Shown piece by piece: positions 30,831 to 40,419 of a stretch of DNA of 64,000 nt (position 1 is the first letter of the stretch; each line of letters starts with the position of its first letter). The stretch covers positions 29,403 to 93,402 of the forward strand of contig JAHFEJ010000003.1 of the NCBI GenBank assembly GCA_023248535.1. The letters run 5' to 3'. The stretch is from Nitrospinales bacterium (GTDB lineage: Bacteria; Nitrospinota_A; UBA7883; JACRGQ01). The position numbers were made by a program, and so were the translations under genes. Below the pieces are notes generated by a model. That model was not told the DNA's origin, did not search any database, and saw only the letters and a list, made by a program, of their open reading frames with translations.

Positions 30831-33299
30831 TTACGCGCTTGCCACCTCGGCCACATTATACGCCGTGATCCGGTACTGGTAGGTGGTGTTGTCTTTCAGT
30901 GCGCCAAAAATCCCTCCCTTGTCGGTGAAAGCGGCCATATCACGGCCAGCCAGCTTTTTTATTGACTCATATTTTTTTCCATCAACGGAGCGGAATAGCT
31001 CGTATCCGGCTATCTCCTCTTTCTTGATGGGGGCCCAGGCCAATTGCACTTCCCGGAATTTTCCGGTGCTTGCCATGAGTTCCTGGGGGATTTCGGGCGG
31101 GCCGAAAGTGGTGGCTTTGACCGCCAGGGAAAGGGGACTTTCAACGGTTCCCCCTTTGAGGAATGTGGAAATGGCGTAGTGGTATTCGGCGCCGTCTTTG
31201 AGGTGGTTTCCCTTGTCGATATAGGTGGCCGCCGTTCCTTCTTTCGTTTCGCCTATTTTTTTAAATTCGGCCCCCGGCGCATCTTGCCGGTAAACGATAT
31301 AGCCTGCGGCATCTTTATCGGGATGTTGATCCCAGCCAAGGGAGATGCTGCGAACGAACTCCTTGGTGATGCGCGGTGCGGCCGGGGCTTCCGGCCGGGC
31401 ATGCGTAGAGGCGCTCACCGTTGCCGAGGGTTTGCCCGCCCTTCCCACCTTGTTTACCGCCAGCAGCCGGTAGTAATAGGCGCGGCCGTTTTCCAGCGGA
31501 GCTTCCTTTGATGATTTCAGCACGGCCTGAACATCTTCACCCCTTTTGATGGAAAACACATCGGTGAACTTGCCGTCTTCCGTGTTGGCTTTTTGAAGTG
31601 TATAGCCGGTGGTGTCGGGATCGGACATCTTGGCCCAGGTAAAAGTCACCTGTTGGATTTCATTGGAAACCGCATTGAAAGCGGTGGGGGCGGCGGGGCC
31701 TCCTTTGGTGGTGGCATTGGCCGGTTCTGAAGGGATGCCTTCCACTTTTTCCGCATTAATGGCGGCCACTTTGTAATGGTAGGTTGTTTCATCGTTGATC
31801 GGGCTTGCCTTGCTGTCGATGTCGGAGTATGTGGGGGCTTCGGTTGCCTTTATTGTGGCGATGAGGGCATATTTTCCATCTTGCGTTACGCCACGGTAGA
31901 TGGCGTATCCTGTTGCTTCCGGTTCTTTGGCCGGCATCCAGGCAAGATCGACAGCGCGGATTTTAGTGGAGGTGGCGGTAAGTCCGCTCACCGGGCCGCA
32001 ACGCAAACGCACTAATTGGTTCGGGGCGATTTTTTCGGGAGCGGCCTCGGCGGCCACTTCCACGGTCGCGGTTTTGGGAGTGACCGCCACGACTTTGATT
32101 TTCCCGGTGAAAACCTGTTTTATCTGGCGGATCTGGCCGGTTGCCTGATCGGTGATTTTTTCGTCGGCGCGGATAACGCTCAGGATGTCCCCTTTTTTCA
32201 GGCCATCCAGCGAGCCAATGTTGATAACCGCTTCCTTGGCTCCCTCTTTGCGTTCAATCACCATTCCTTCGGCATAGGGCTTTACTTTCAGTATCTGAAT
32301 GGAGAAGGGCTTTTCGGCGGAACCGGCCGCCGCGCGGTTTTCCGCCTCGTCCCACGCTTCAATATAGTATTCAACCGCGTTGCCCCCCATCACCACCCCG
32401 GGGATGTTAAGGGAAACCGCGCCGGTAGCGGGGACGGGCCGCACCTCTTTTACAAAATTCTTTTCTCCCGATTTCCGGTAGACGATCTGTGCCGTGGCGG
32501 CGCCGGAATTGTCGGTGATTTTTGCCGAAATGATCAGCTCGGAAACGTCGGAAATTATTTTCATTGGCTCGTGCAGGATCACCGGAGGTTCTTTATCCTG
32601 CCCTTGAATGGCCAACTCATATGGCGATTCCGCCGTGCCATCGATGCCTACATTGCCGGCGGCGTCCACGGCGCTCAGGTAATATTGCAGCGTATTGCCT
32701 TTGACCACGTTGCTGGGAACAACCCCTTCGTAGAGGCCTTCCGCAATTTTGAACATGGAGCTTTTTACGTACTCTCCCCCGGCCTGTTTGGCGCGAAAGT
32801 GGAGAAACACTTCCTTTACCGCTTTATTGTCGCGCGCCGAGGTTCGCACCGCATAGGATCGCCCTTCCCGCGGTTTTTGCCCTACCGAATGGATGATCTG
32901 GGGCGGGGTTTTATCCTCTTCTTCTTTGGGCTTAAGCGTCACCGCCACAGTGGCGCGGGTGTCGCCGGTGATTGTCACGCTTTGAGTATGGCTGATGCTT
33001 CCTTCTTTTATGACCTGGATGAGGTGATCGCCGGGCGCCAATTGCTCAACCACCATCGGTGTGTAGCCAGCCGGTTTGCCATCGAGTACGGCGGTGGCTC
33101 CCGATGGGGACGATGTTATGGAAAGGGATCCCAATTTCGGGGCGGGAGCCACTGCGGGTTTCGCCGGTTCCGGTGTGGCAACTTGAGCCGGCACCGCTTC
33201 TTCTTGTGCGGCATCGACTGCGGGTGGAGTATCCGTTTCTGCAAAAGCACAAGTAGCCGTGATCAGGAAAACCGCCGTGAGCCACCCTTTTTTTATCAC
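30831..33299 (-). CDS. Large secreted surface protein: signal peptide, PEGA domain, then multiple FN3 / Ig-like repeats.
   Basis: N-terminal signal peptide. PEGA-like SITSSPSGATAVLDGKPAGYTP. At least 5 FN3-like repeats. Confidence 0.7.
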   Translation of the reverse strand: MIKKGWLTAVFLITATCAFAETDTPPAVDAAQEEAVPAQVATPEPAKPAVAPAPKLGSLSITSSPSGATAVLDGKPAGYTPMVVEQLAPGDHLIQVIKEGSISHTQSVTITGDTRATVAVTLKPKEEEDKTPPQIIHSVGQKPREGRSYAVRTSARDNKAVKEVFLHFRAKQAGGEYVKSSMFKIAEGLYEGVVPSNVVKGNTLQYYLSAVDAAGNVGIDGTAESPYELAIQGQDKEPPVILHEPMKIISDVSELIISAKITDNSGAATAQIVYRKSGEKNFVKEVRPVPATGAVSLNIPGVVMGGNAVEYYIEAWDEAENRAAAGSAEKPFSIQILKVKPYAEGMVIERKEGAKEAVINIGSLDGLKKGDILSVIRADEKITDQATGQIRQIKQVFTGKIKVVAVTPKTATVEVAAEAAPEKIAPNQLVRLRCGPVSGLTATSTKIRAVDLAWMPAKEPEATGYAIYRGVTQDGKYALIATIKATEAPTYSDIDSKASPINDETTYHYKVAAINAEKVEGIPSEPANATTKGGPAAPTAFNAVSNEIQQVTFTWAKMSDPDTTGYTLQKANTEDGKFTDVFSIKRGEDVQAVLKSSKEAPLENGRAYYYRLLAVNKVGRAGKPSATVSASTHARPEAPAAPRITKEFVRSISLGWDQHPDKDAAGYIVYRQDAPGAEFKKIGETKEGTAATYIDKGNHLKDGAEYHYAISTFLKGGTVESPLSLAVKATTFGPPEIPQELMASTGKFREVQLAWAPIKKEEIAGYELFRSVDGKKYESIKKLAGRDMAAFTDKGGIFGALKDNTTYQYRITAYNVAEVASA

Positions 33300-33370
33300 A
33301 ATTCCCCTTTAACTTAAATGTCTGCCGCCTACTATAGCAAAATGGGGGAAACCCGGGGGAGGGAAAAAGG

Positions 33371-33418
33371 AAAAAAACGGGGGGAAGGGGAGGGGGAGGG
33401 GAAACCCCCCGTTTTTTT
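33371..33418. terminator. Bidirectional intrinsic terminator with a perfect 14-bp stem and a G-rich loop.
   Basis: aaaaaaacgggggg-[aaggggagggggaggggaaa]-ccccccgttttttt. A-tracts and T-tracts are present on both sides. Confidence 0.6.
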
Positions 33419-33698
33419 ATTTTGGCGTTCTCTGGGAGCCAAGGAAAACATGTTTGATGTTGCCCTCAGCCTTATGCCAAATTATAATGCATGATGCGTG
33501 CCATAAATATCACGTTAAAAATCAATTGTATAGCTAGGTGCGCAACTTTGGTAAGTGTGGTAAAAAGGTTGCAGTGCGGCAATGTCGTATCTATTGGCTA
33601 AGTCTCAGGGGTGATTTGTATCGTTATCATAATTGATTTGAAAACGAGGTAACTCGTAATGAATTTATTTTTTTTAAGTGGGTTCTATTAAAGGGGGA

Positions 33699-35072
33699 TC
33701 AAAGACGGCGATAAAATATGCTCCGGTCCAGTTTTAGTATATCGGCCGCTTTTGACTTGTTCCCGTTACACTTTTCAAGGATCAGTTTCAGCACCTCGTC
33801 TGTCACCTTCTCCATCGAAAATGTCTCTTCGGGAAGGTCTATTACCAGATGGATATTGCCCGGACGGTTTTTGCCGGGTGCGCCGTGGCCGCTATCATCG
33901 TTGATAGAGAGGTGTTTCGGCTGTATCAATTGGCCGTCGGTGAGGATGGCTGCCCGCTCCAGGCAGTTTTTCAGCTCGCGGATGTTGCCGGGCCATTCGT
34001 AACGCAACAGCTTTTCCATCGCTTTTTCCGAAAGGCCGGGGAGCGGTTTTCCCAGTTCTTTCCGCAATTGTCCCAGAAAATAGTTTGCCAGGAGCGGGAT
34101 ATCCTCTTTCCGCTCACGAAGTGGCGGCAGCGTGATCGGGAACGAACTGATACGGTGGAAAAGATCCACCCGGAAACTTTCGTTTGCCACCATCTCCTCA
34201 AGATTGCGGTTGGTCGCGACAATGATCCGGACGTCGGCTTTTATCGGTTTGTGAGATCCGACTTTTTCATATACCCGTTCTTGCAATATCCGCAACAATT
34301 TTGCCTGCAGGTCCAGTGGCATATCGCCGATTTCATCAAGCAGGATGGTTCCCTTTTGCGCGAGGTCGAACTTGCCGTCCCGGTCACGGTCCGCGCCCGT
34401 GAACGCCCCTTTGACATGGCCGAACAGTTCCGATTCCAGCAGGGCGGATGGTATGCCGGCGCAGTTCACCGCCACAAAGCTGTTTGCCATGCGGGGGCCG
34501 GAGAAATGGATCGCGCGGGCCAGAACTTCTTTGCCGGTTCCGCTTTCCCCGTAAATGGCCACGGAGGTGTTGATGGTGGCGGCCACTTTTTCGGCCGTTT
34601 CCAGCACCCGTTTCATCAGGGCGGATTGGGTGACGATATTGTGGAAGCTGTATTGCTCTTTTAACTGGCTTTTGAGCTTTACGTTTTCTTCATTGAGCCG
34701 CCGGAATTCCAGGCTGCGCCGGATGGCTGCAACCAGTTCCCGCGGTTCGAACGGCTTTATCATGTAGTCAGTGGCGCCGTCCTTCATGGTGGCGACCGCC
34801 ATATCGATGCTGCCGTGACCAGTCAACATGATGAACGGCAACGAGCTATTCCGCTTCTTCACCTCTTTAAGGAGACCCGGCCCATCCAGGTGGGGCATCT
34901 TTTGGTCGGCAATGACCATATCCGCGTCTTCCTGGTCCAGGATGCCGAGCGCTTCAAGCCCATTGCGGGCGGTGAATATCTGAAAGCCTTCCCCCCTGAG
35001 GATGCTTCCTAGTGTTAGTAAGGCCACCTCGTCGTCATCGACGATAAGCACCGATGCTTCGTAATTCCCCAT
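33699..35072 (-). CDS. Sigma-54-dependent response regulator (NtrC family: REC-AAA+-Fis HTH).
   Basis: GESGTGKE Walker A, ESELFGH/GAFTGA motif, C-terminal HTH. Confidence 0.9.
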   Translation of the reverse strand: MGNYEASVLIVDDDEVALLTLGSILRGEGFQIFTARNGLEALGILDQEDADMVIADQKMPHLDGPGLLKEVKKRNSSLPFIMLTGHGSIDMAVATMKDGATDYMIKPFEPRELVAAIRRSLEFRRLNEENVKLKSQLKEQYSFHNIVTQSALMKRVLETAEKVAATINTSVAIYGESGTGKEVLARAIHFSGPRMANSFVAVNCAGIPSALLESELFGHVKGAFTGADRDRDGKFDLAQKGTILLDEIGDMPLDLQAKLLRILQERVYEKVGSHKPIKADVRIIVATNRNLEEMVANESFRVDLFHRISSFPITLPPLRERKEDIPLLANYFLGQLRKELGKPLPGLSEKAMEKLLRYEWPGNIRELKNCLERAAILTDGQLIQPKHLSINDDSGHGAPGKNRPGNIHLVIDLPEETFSMEKVTDEVLKLILEKCNGNKSKAADILKLDRSIFYRRL

Positions 35073-35238
35073 ATAGTCCCCCGGCGCCCATTATGCGCCA
35101 AACCGCCGCCGCAAGGCAAACCGCCTATAAAGCGCCTGTGGATCGGCGCGCTTATAAGCGGCTATTGAGAGGTGCCCGGAGTAAAGGTCATTTTTTAAAG
35201 GTCTCGTGCCGTGCTTTGCAATATAATTAGCGGCGTAT

Positions 35239-36180
35239 ATGACGAAAAAGCATGAGCGGGCGGATTTCGGGAAAATAACCAACTATCCCATCGGCGAGCG
35301 GACGAACAAGGTGAAGGTTGCCGATTTCGCCAACGTCGGCCGCTACCGCGCGTCGAAAAACATCGCCGACCTGTTGCCGAAACAGCTTAAGGCGGCGGAT
35401 CTCAAGGCCATTGTGGGCCACCTGCGGGCCGCGGCAAAGCACAACAAAGGGGTCATCTTTGCCATCGGCGCGCACGTCATCAAGGTCGGCTGCTCCAGCA
35501 TCCTCATCGATTGGATAGAGCGCGGCATCATCACCGGCATCGCCATGAACGGCGCGGGGGCGGTGCACGACCTTGAGATCGCCCTCATCGGCCAGACCAG
35601 TGAGGACGTGGAAGAGGAAGTAAAAACGGGCCGCTTCGGCATGGTGGAAGAGACCGCCGCCATGACGATGGAGGCGTTGCGCGCCTACCCCGATATGGGC
35701 TTCGGCCAGTGTATCGGCCAGTACATCCTCGACAGGAAAATGCCATACGCCGGCAAAAGCATCCTCGCCGCCTGCGCGGCCAAGGGGATACCGGCCACCG
35801 TTCACGCCGCCATCGGCTGCGAGATCACCCATATCCACCCGCTGACGGACGGCGCGTTGGTAGGCGGAAAGAGTTTCGACGATTTCCGCGTTTTCACCGC
35901 CATGCTCAAAACGCTCACCGGCGGCGGCTGCTATTTCAATGTCGGTTCGGCGGTCATCCTGCCGGAAATTTTCATCAAGGCGCTTTCCGCCGCCCGTAAT
36001 TTGGGGGACGATGTGCGCGATTTCACCGCCGTCGATTTCGACATGACCATGCACTACCGCCCGGGCGTGAACGTGGTGCACCGCCCCGTCACCACCGGCG
36101 GCAAGGGATTCCGCGTGACCGGCCACCACGAGCTGTTGTTGCCTCTGCTGTATCACCTGTATGAAAACGGTAATTTCTGA
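35239..36180 (+). CDS. Deoxyhypusine-synthase-like protein (putative).
   Basis: IGAHVIKVGCSSILIDWIE...GIITGIAMNGAGAVHDLE resembles the DHS-family NAD-binding core. Tentative. Confidence 0.4.
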   Translation: MTKKHERADFGKITNYPIGERTNKVKVADFANVGRYRASKNIADLLPKQLKAADLKAIVGHLRAAAKHNKGVIFAIGAHVIKVGCSSILIDWIERGIITGIAMNGAGAVHDLEIALIGQTSEDVEEEVKTGRFGMVEETAAMTMEALRAYPDMGFGQCIGQYILDRKMPYAGKSILAACAAKGIPATVHAAIGCEITHIHPLTDGALVGGKSFDDFRVFTAMLKTLTGGGCYFNVGSAVILPEIFIKALSAARNLGDDVRDFTAVDFDMTMHYRPGVNVVHRPVTTGGKGFRVTGHHELLLPLLYHLYENGNF

Positions 36181-36950
36181 TGAAGCTTCGCGTGCTTGGC
36201 TCCGGCAGCGAGGGAAACGCCACCCTTATCCATTCTGAAACCACCGCGGTGCTGATCGACGCCGGGTTCGCATGCCGGGAACTGGAAAACCGCCTCAAGC
36301 TGGCCGGTTTTATGCCGGGGGAAATCAAGGCCATCGCCATTACCCACGAACACACCGACCACCTCCGCGGCGCGGCCCTTTTTTCGCGCCGGTATGATAT
36401 ACCGCTGTACCTCACCCACGGCACGCGGCTGGCCGGCAACGGTCAACTGGAAAAAGCGGGCCGGATAGAGACCGTCATCCCCGAAGAACCATTCACCGTG
36501 GGGGACATCACGTTGCACCCTTTTCCCGTTCCGCATGACGCCGCCGAGCCGGTGGCGTACCTGAGCGAATGCGGCGGAAGGCGCGCGCTGGTAATGACGG
36601 ACTTGGGGTGCGTTACCGTGCGCGCCATGGAAAATTTCCGCCTTGCGCATCTCGCGCTGGTGGAAAGCAATCACGATCCGGAATTGCTGGCTATCGGCCC
36701 CTACCCGTGGCCGTTGAAGCAGCGCATTAAGGGCAAGCTGGGGCATCTTTCCAATGACGATTGCATGCGGCTGTTGTCGGACGCGGCTGGGGAAGGCCTC
36801 GGCACCGTTATCTTCGCCCACTTGAGCCGGCAGAATAACAATCCGAATCTCGTCCGCCTGGGAGCCGACAGCTTTATCGCCGCGGCGGGCCAGCGGATAA
36901 CATATGAAATAGCACGGCAGGATCAGCCGGGCGCATTGCACGATGTATAA
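36180..36950 (+). CDS. MBL-fold metallo-hydrolase.
   Basis: ITHEHTDH (HxHxDH) and downstream His/Asp ligands. TGATG overlap with the upstream gene. Confidence 0.8.
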   Translation: MKLRVLGSGSEGNATLIHSETTAVLIDAGFACRELENRLKLAGFMPGEIKAIAITHEHTDHLRGAALFSRRYDIPLYLTHGTRLAGNGQLEKAGRIETVIPEEPFTVGDITLHPFPVPHDAAEPVAYLSECGGRRALVMTDLGCVTVRAMENFRLAHLALVESNHDPELLAIGPYPWPLKQRIKGKLGHLSNDDCMRLLSDAAGEGLGTVIFAHLSRQNNNPNLVRLGADSFIAAAGQRITYEIARQDQPGALHDV

Positions 36951-36962
36951 GGAGCCAAATCG

Positions 36963-38258
36963 ATGATTGAGCGGTATACCTTGAAGGAAATGGCCACCCT
37001 CTGGTCGATGCAAAACAAATTCGCCGTCTGGCTGGAAGTGGAGATCGCCGCGTGCGAGGCCCACCACAAGCTGGGGAACATCCCCGCCGATGCGCTGGCG
37101 GTCATCAAACAAAAGGCCAAGTTCGATGTTGCCCGCATAGATGAGATCGAGAAAGAAGTGCGGCACGACGTGATCGCCTTTACCACCTCCGTGGCCGAAT
37201 TCATCGGGCCCGAAAGCCGGTATGTCCACATGGGGCTTACCTCGTCCGACGTGGTGGATACCGCCCTCTGCGCGTTGATGAAACGCGCCGGGGGGTTGAT
37301 CCTGGAAAAGCTGGACCTTTTCCTCGCCGCGCTTGAAAAGCAGGCGCACGCCTACAAAATGACGCCGTGCATGGGGCGCACCCACGGCGTCCATGCCGAG
37401 CCGACGACCTTCGGCCTCAAGCTGGCGCTCTGGCACGCCGAGATGCGGCGCAACCGCCTGCGGCTGGTAAACGCCATCGAAACCATCAGCGTGGGGAAAA
37501 TATCCGGCGCGGTGGGCACCCACGCTCATTGCAGCCCGCAGATCGAGAAGTACGTTTGTGAAAAGATGGGCCTTGTTCCCGCCCCCATCAGCACACAGAT
37601 CATTCAGCGCGACCGGCACGCCGATTACATGGCGGCTCTTGCCATCACGGCTGCCACTATCGAAAAGATAGCGCTTGAAATACGGCATCTCCAGCGCAGC
37701 GAGGTGTTGGAGGCTGAAGAGCCGTTCCATCAGGGGCAAAAAGGCTCTTCCGCCATGCCGCACAAGCGGAACCCGGTGCAGTGCGAACAGATGTGCGGCT
37801 TGGCCCGCGTGATGCGCGGCAACATGCATACCGCCCTGGAAAACGTGGCGCTGTGGCACGAGCGCGATATCAGCCACAGTGGCGCCGAGCGGGTTATCGT
37901 GCCGGATAGCACCACCCTGCTGCATTACATGCTTGAAAAGATGCGCAAAGTTATCGAGGGGTTGCATGTGTACCCCAAGCGGATGCTCAGGAATATCGAC
38001 GCCACCTATGGCCTTTTCTATTCACAAAAAGTGCTGCTGGCATTGGTGGAAAGCGGCATGGTCCGCGAAGAGGCTTACGCGCTGGTGCAAGGACTGGCAA
38101 TGCGTTGCTGGCGCGAAGAGCTTCTGTTCAAGGACCTGGTGATGGACGAGCCGAAAATCACGGGGCGGCTGGGCCAGGCCCGGATTGAAGAATTGTTCGA
38201 CCTGAACTATTATCTAAGGAACGTGGACGAAATTTTCAAACGTGTATTTGGCGGCTGA
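36963..38258 (+). CDS. purB: Adenylosuccinate lyase.
   Basis: Full-length fumarate-lyase-family PurB (SSAMPHKRNP signature). Confidence 0.95.
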   Translation: MIERYTLKEMATLWSMQNKFAVWLEVEIAACEAHHKLGNIPADALAVIKQKAKFDVARIDEIEKEVRHDVIAFTTSVAEFIGPESRYVHMGLTSSDVVDTALCALMKRAGGLILEKLDLFLAALEKQAHAYKMTPCMGRTHGVHAEPTTFGLKLALWHAEMRRNRLRLVNAIETISVGKISGAVGTHAHCSPQIEKYVCEKMGLVPAPISTQIIQRDRHADYMAALAITAATIEKIALEIRHLQRSEVLEAEEPFHQGQKGSSAMPHKRNPVQCEQMCGLARVMRGNMHTALENVALWHERDISHSGAERVIVPDSTTLLHYMLEKMRKVIEGLHVYPKRMLRNIDATYGLFYSQKVLLALVESGMVREEAYALVQGLAMRCWREELLFKDLVMDEPKITGRLGQARIEELFDLNYYLRNVDEIFKRVFGG

Positions 38259-38279
38259 CCGCCGCATCGGGAGGAAACC

Positions 38280-38990
38280 GTGACCAAACAGCTGGAAAAG
38301 ATTTACGAGGGGAAGGCCAAAATCCTTTACCTCACCGACAACCCGGATCAGGTGATACAGCATTTCAAGGACGATGCCACCGCGTTCAACGCGCAAAAGC
38401 GCGGCACCATCGCGGACAAAGGGGTGATGAACAATATGCTCACCGCCCACCTTTTCGAGTTCCTGGAAAAGAACGGGGTGAAAACCCACTTCGTGAAAAA
38501 GCTCAACGACCGCGACATGCTGGTGAAAAAAGTGTCCATCGTCCCCGTTGAAGTGGTGGTTCGCAACGTGCTTGCGGGTTCGCTAGCCAAAAAACTGGGC
38601 AAAGACGAGGGGAGCCAGCTGGCCCATCCGGTGGTTGAATACTATTACAAGGACGATGCGCTGGGCGACCCGATGATCATGCCCGACCATGTACTGGTTT
38701 TCGGCTGGGCCACCCAAAGCGAGCTGGACACCATTCGCGCGGCGGCGCTGCGGGTGAACGGCCTGTTGCTGGAGCTTTTCAAAAATCATGGCATCCGGCT
38801 GGTCGACTTCAAACTGGAATTTGGACGCTTCAAAGGCGAGATTATCCTCGCGGACGAGTTCTCGCCTGATACCTCCCGCCTGTGGGATATGGAGAGCGGC
38901 GAAAAGATGGATAAGGACCGCTTCCGCCGCGACTTGGGCAAAGTGGAAGAATCGTATCGCGAAGTTGTGCGGAGGATATGCGGGCAATGA
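38280..38990 (+). CDS. purC: SAICAR synthetase.
   Basis: GTG start with RBS gggagg. Full-length PurC. Confidence 0.95.
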   Translation: MTKQLEKIYEGKAKILYLTDNPDQVIQHFKDDATAFNAQKRGTIADKGVMNNMLTAHLFEFLEKNGVKTHFVKKLNDRDMLVKKVSIVPVEVVVRNVLAGSLAKKLGKDEGSQLAHPVVEYYYKDDALGDPMIMPDHVLVFGWATQSELDTIRAAALRVNGLLLELFKNHGIRLVDFKLEFGRFKGEIILADEFSPDTSRLWDMESGEKMDKDRFRRDLGKVEESYREVVRRICGQ

Positions 38991-39235
38991 AGGCAAGAGT
39001 GACGGTGACGTTGCGCGAAGGCATTCTGGATACGCAGGGGAAAGCGGTGGAGCACGCGCTCCACTCGCTCGGTTTCACAGGGGTTAAAAACGTCCGCATC
39101 GGCAAACATATCGAGATGGATGTTGACGGCGCGGACGCGGCGGCCGTTCAGCGGCAAGCGGATGACATCTGCAGAAAGCTGTTAAGCAATCCGGTAATGG
39201 AAAATTTCCGGGTCACCGTGGAAGAAGGGAAATAA
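38987..39235 (+). CDS. purS: FGAM synthase PurS subunit.
   Basis: About 82-aa PurS fold sequence (MKARVTVTLREGILDTQG). Confidence 0.9.
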   Translation: MKARVTVTLREGILDTQGKAVEHALHSLGFTGVKNVRIGKHIEMDVDGADAAAVQRQADDICRKLLSNPVMENFRVTVEEGK

Positions 39236-39236
39236 A

Positions 39237-39701
39237 GTGGACATCGCCGGGATCAAGAACATCATGTGTGAGATACCGATGTTCGATAACATCAAGCAAT
39301 CAGACATTGTTATTCTCGCCAGCAAGCTGGAACACCGCCGTTATCCGGCCGATACAATGGTGGCGAAGGAGGGATCCGCCGGCGATTCCGTGCTGTTTAT
39401 CACCAGCGGAAAAGTGGAGATACGCAAAGAGAGCCTTGACGGCAAGTACACCATGCTTGCCCAGCATGGAAAAGGGAGAAGCGTGGGTGAAATGGCGCTG
39501 GTGCGGGGCGAGGCAACGCCGCGCGGAGCCAGCATCGTCGCCACTGAACCGACCGAAGCGCTTTTTCTCTCTCGCGCCAATTTTGACATTCTCATAGAAA
39601 AAAATCCTTCCATCGCCATACAGATACTGCGCAATATCGCCTCGACCATAAGCGACCGCCTGGATCACCTCGGCAGCCGCTTCGCCGACAACCAGCGCTG
39701 A
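39237..39701 (+). CDS. Cyclic-nucleotide-binding (cNMP/CAP-effector) domain protein inserted inside the purine operon.
   Basis: cNMP-binding beta-barrel signature (GDSVLFITSGKVEI...GEMAL...RGASIVA). Confidence 0.7.
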   Translation: MDIAGIKNIMCEIPMFDNIKQSDIVILASKLEHRRYPADTMVAKEGSAGDSVLFITSGKVEIRKESLDGKYTMLAQHGKGRSVGEMALVRGEATPRGASIVATEPTEALFLSRANFDILIEKNPSIAIQILRNIASTISDRLDHLGSRFADNQR

Positions 39702-40399
39702 TGGCCGCCATGAAGAATCCTAAAATCGGTGTGGTGCTGTTTCCCGGCGCGAACTGCGAACGGGATACGATTCATGCCGCGTCACTGCTTCCCGGCGCTT
39801 CCGTGCGCCACATTTGGCATAAGGATACCTCGGTGGGGAACCTCGACGTGGTATTCCTTCCCGGCGGTTTTTCGTACGGCGATTACCTCCGTTGCGGCGC
39901 CATAGCCCGCTTTTCACCGGTAATGCGGTCGGTCGTGGAGTTTGCGGAAAAAGGGGGGATCGTCATCGGCATCTGCAACGGCTTCCAGGTGCTTACCGAA
40001 TGCCATCTGCTGCCGGGCGCGCTGTTGATGAACGAGTCGCGCAAATTCATCTGCAAGAACATTCATGTCCGCGTTGAACGTAACGACATCCCCGCCACGC
40101 GCGCGTTGAAAAAAGGGGATGTGCTGAAACTTCCCATCGCCCATGGCGAAGGGCGCTTTTACGCCCCCCCCGAAACGCTGCAAGCACTGGAAGCCAACGG
40201 CCAGGTAGTGGTGCGGTATTGCGACCAAAGCGGCAACATAACGCGCGAGGCCAATCCCAACGGCGCGCTCAATAACATCGCCGGCATTTGCAACGAGCGC
40301 GGCAACGTGTTTGGATTGATGCCGCATCCCGAACGCGCCGCCGAGCCGATTTTGGGCAATACCGACGGTTGGGGAATTTTACAATCGCTCCTGATGTGA
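39701..40399 (+). CDS. purQ: FGAM synthase glutamine amidotransferase subunit PurQ.
   Basis: Class-I GATase with Cys in GICNGFQ and His/Glu near the C-terminus. Confidence 0.9.
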   Translation: MAAMKNPKIGVVLFPGANCERDTIHAASLLPGASVRHIWHKDTSVGNLDVVFLPGGFSYGDYLRCGAIARFSPVMRSVVEFAEKGGIVIGICNGFQVLTECHLLPGALLMNESRKFICKNIHVRVERNDIPATRALKKGDVLKLPIAHGEGRFYAPPETLQALEANGQVVVRYCDQSGNITREANPNGALNNIAGICNERGNVFGLMPHPERAAEPILGNTDGWGILQSLLM

Positions 40400-40419
40400 C
40401 AGCCAGCGGGGGCCGTGGC

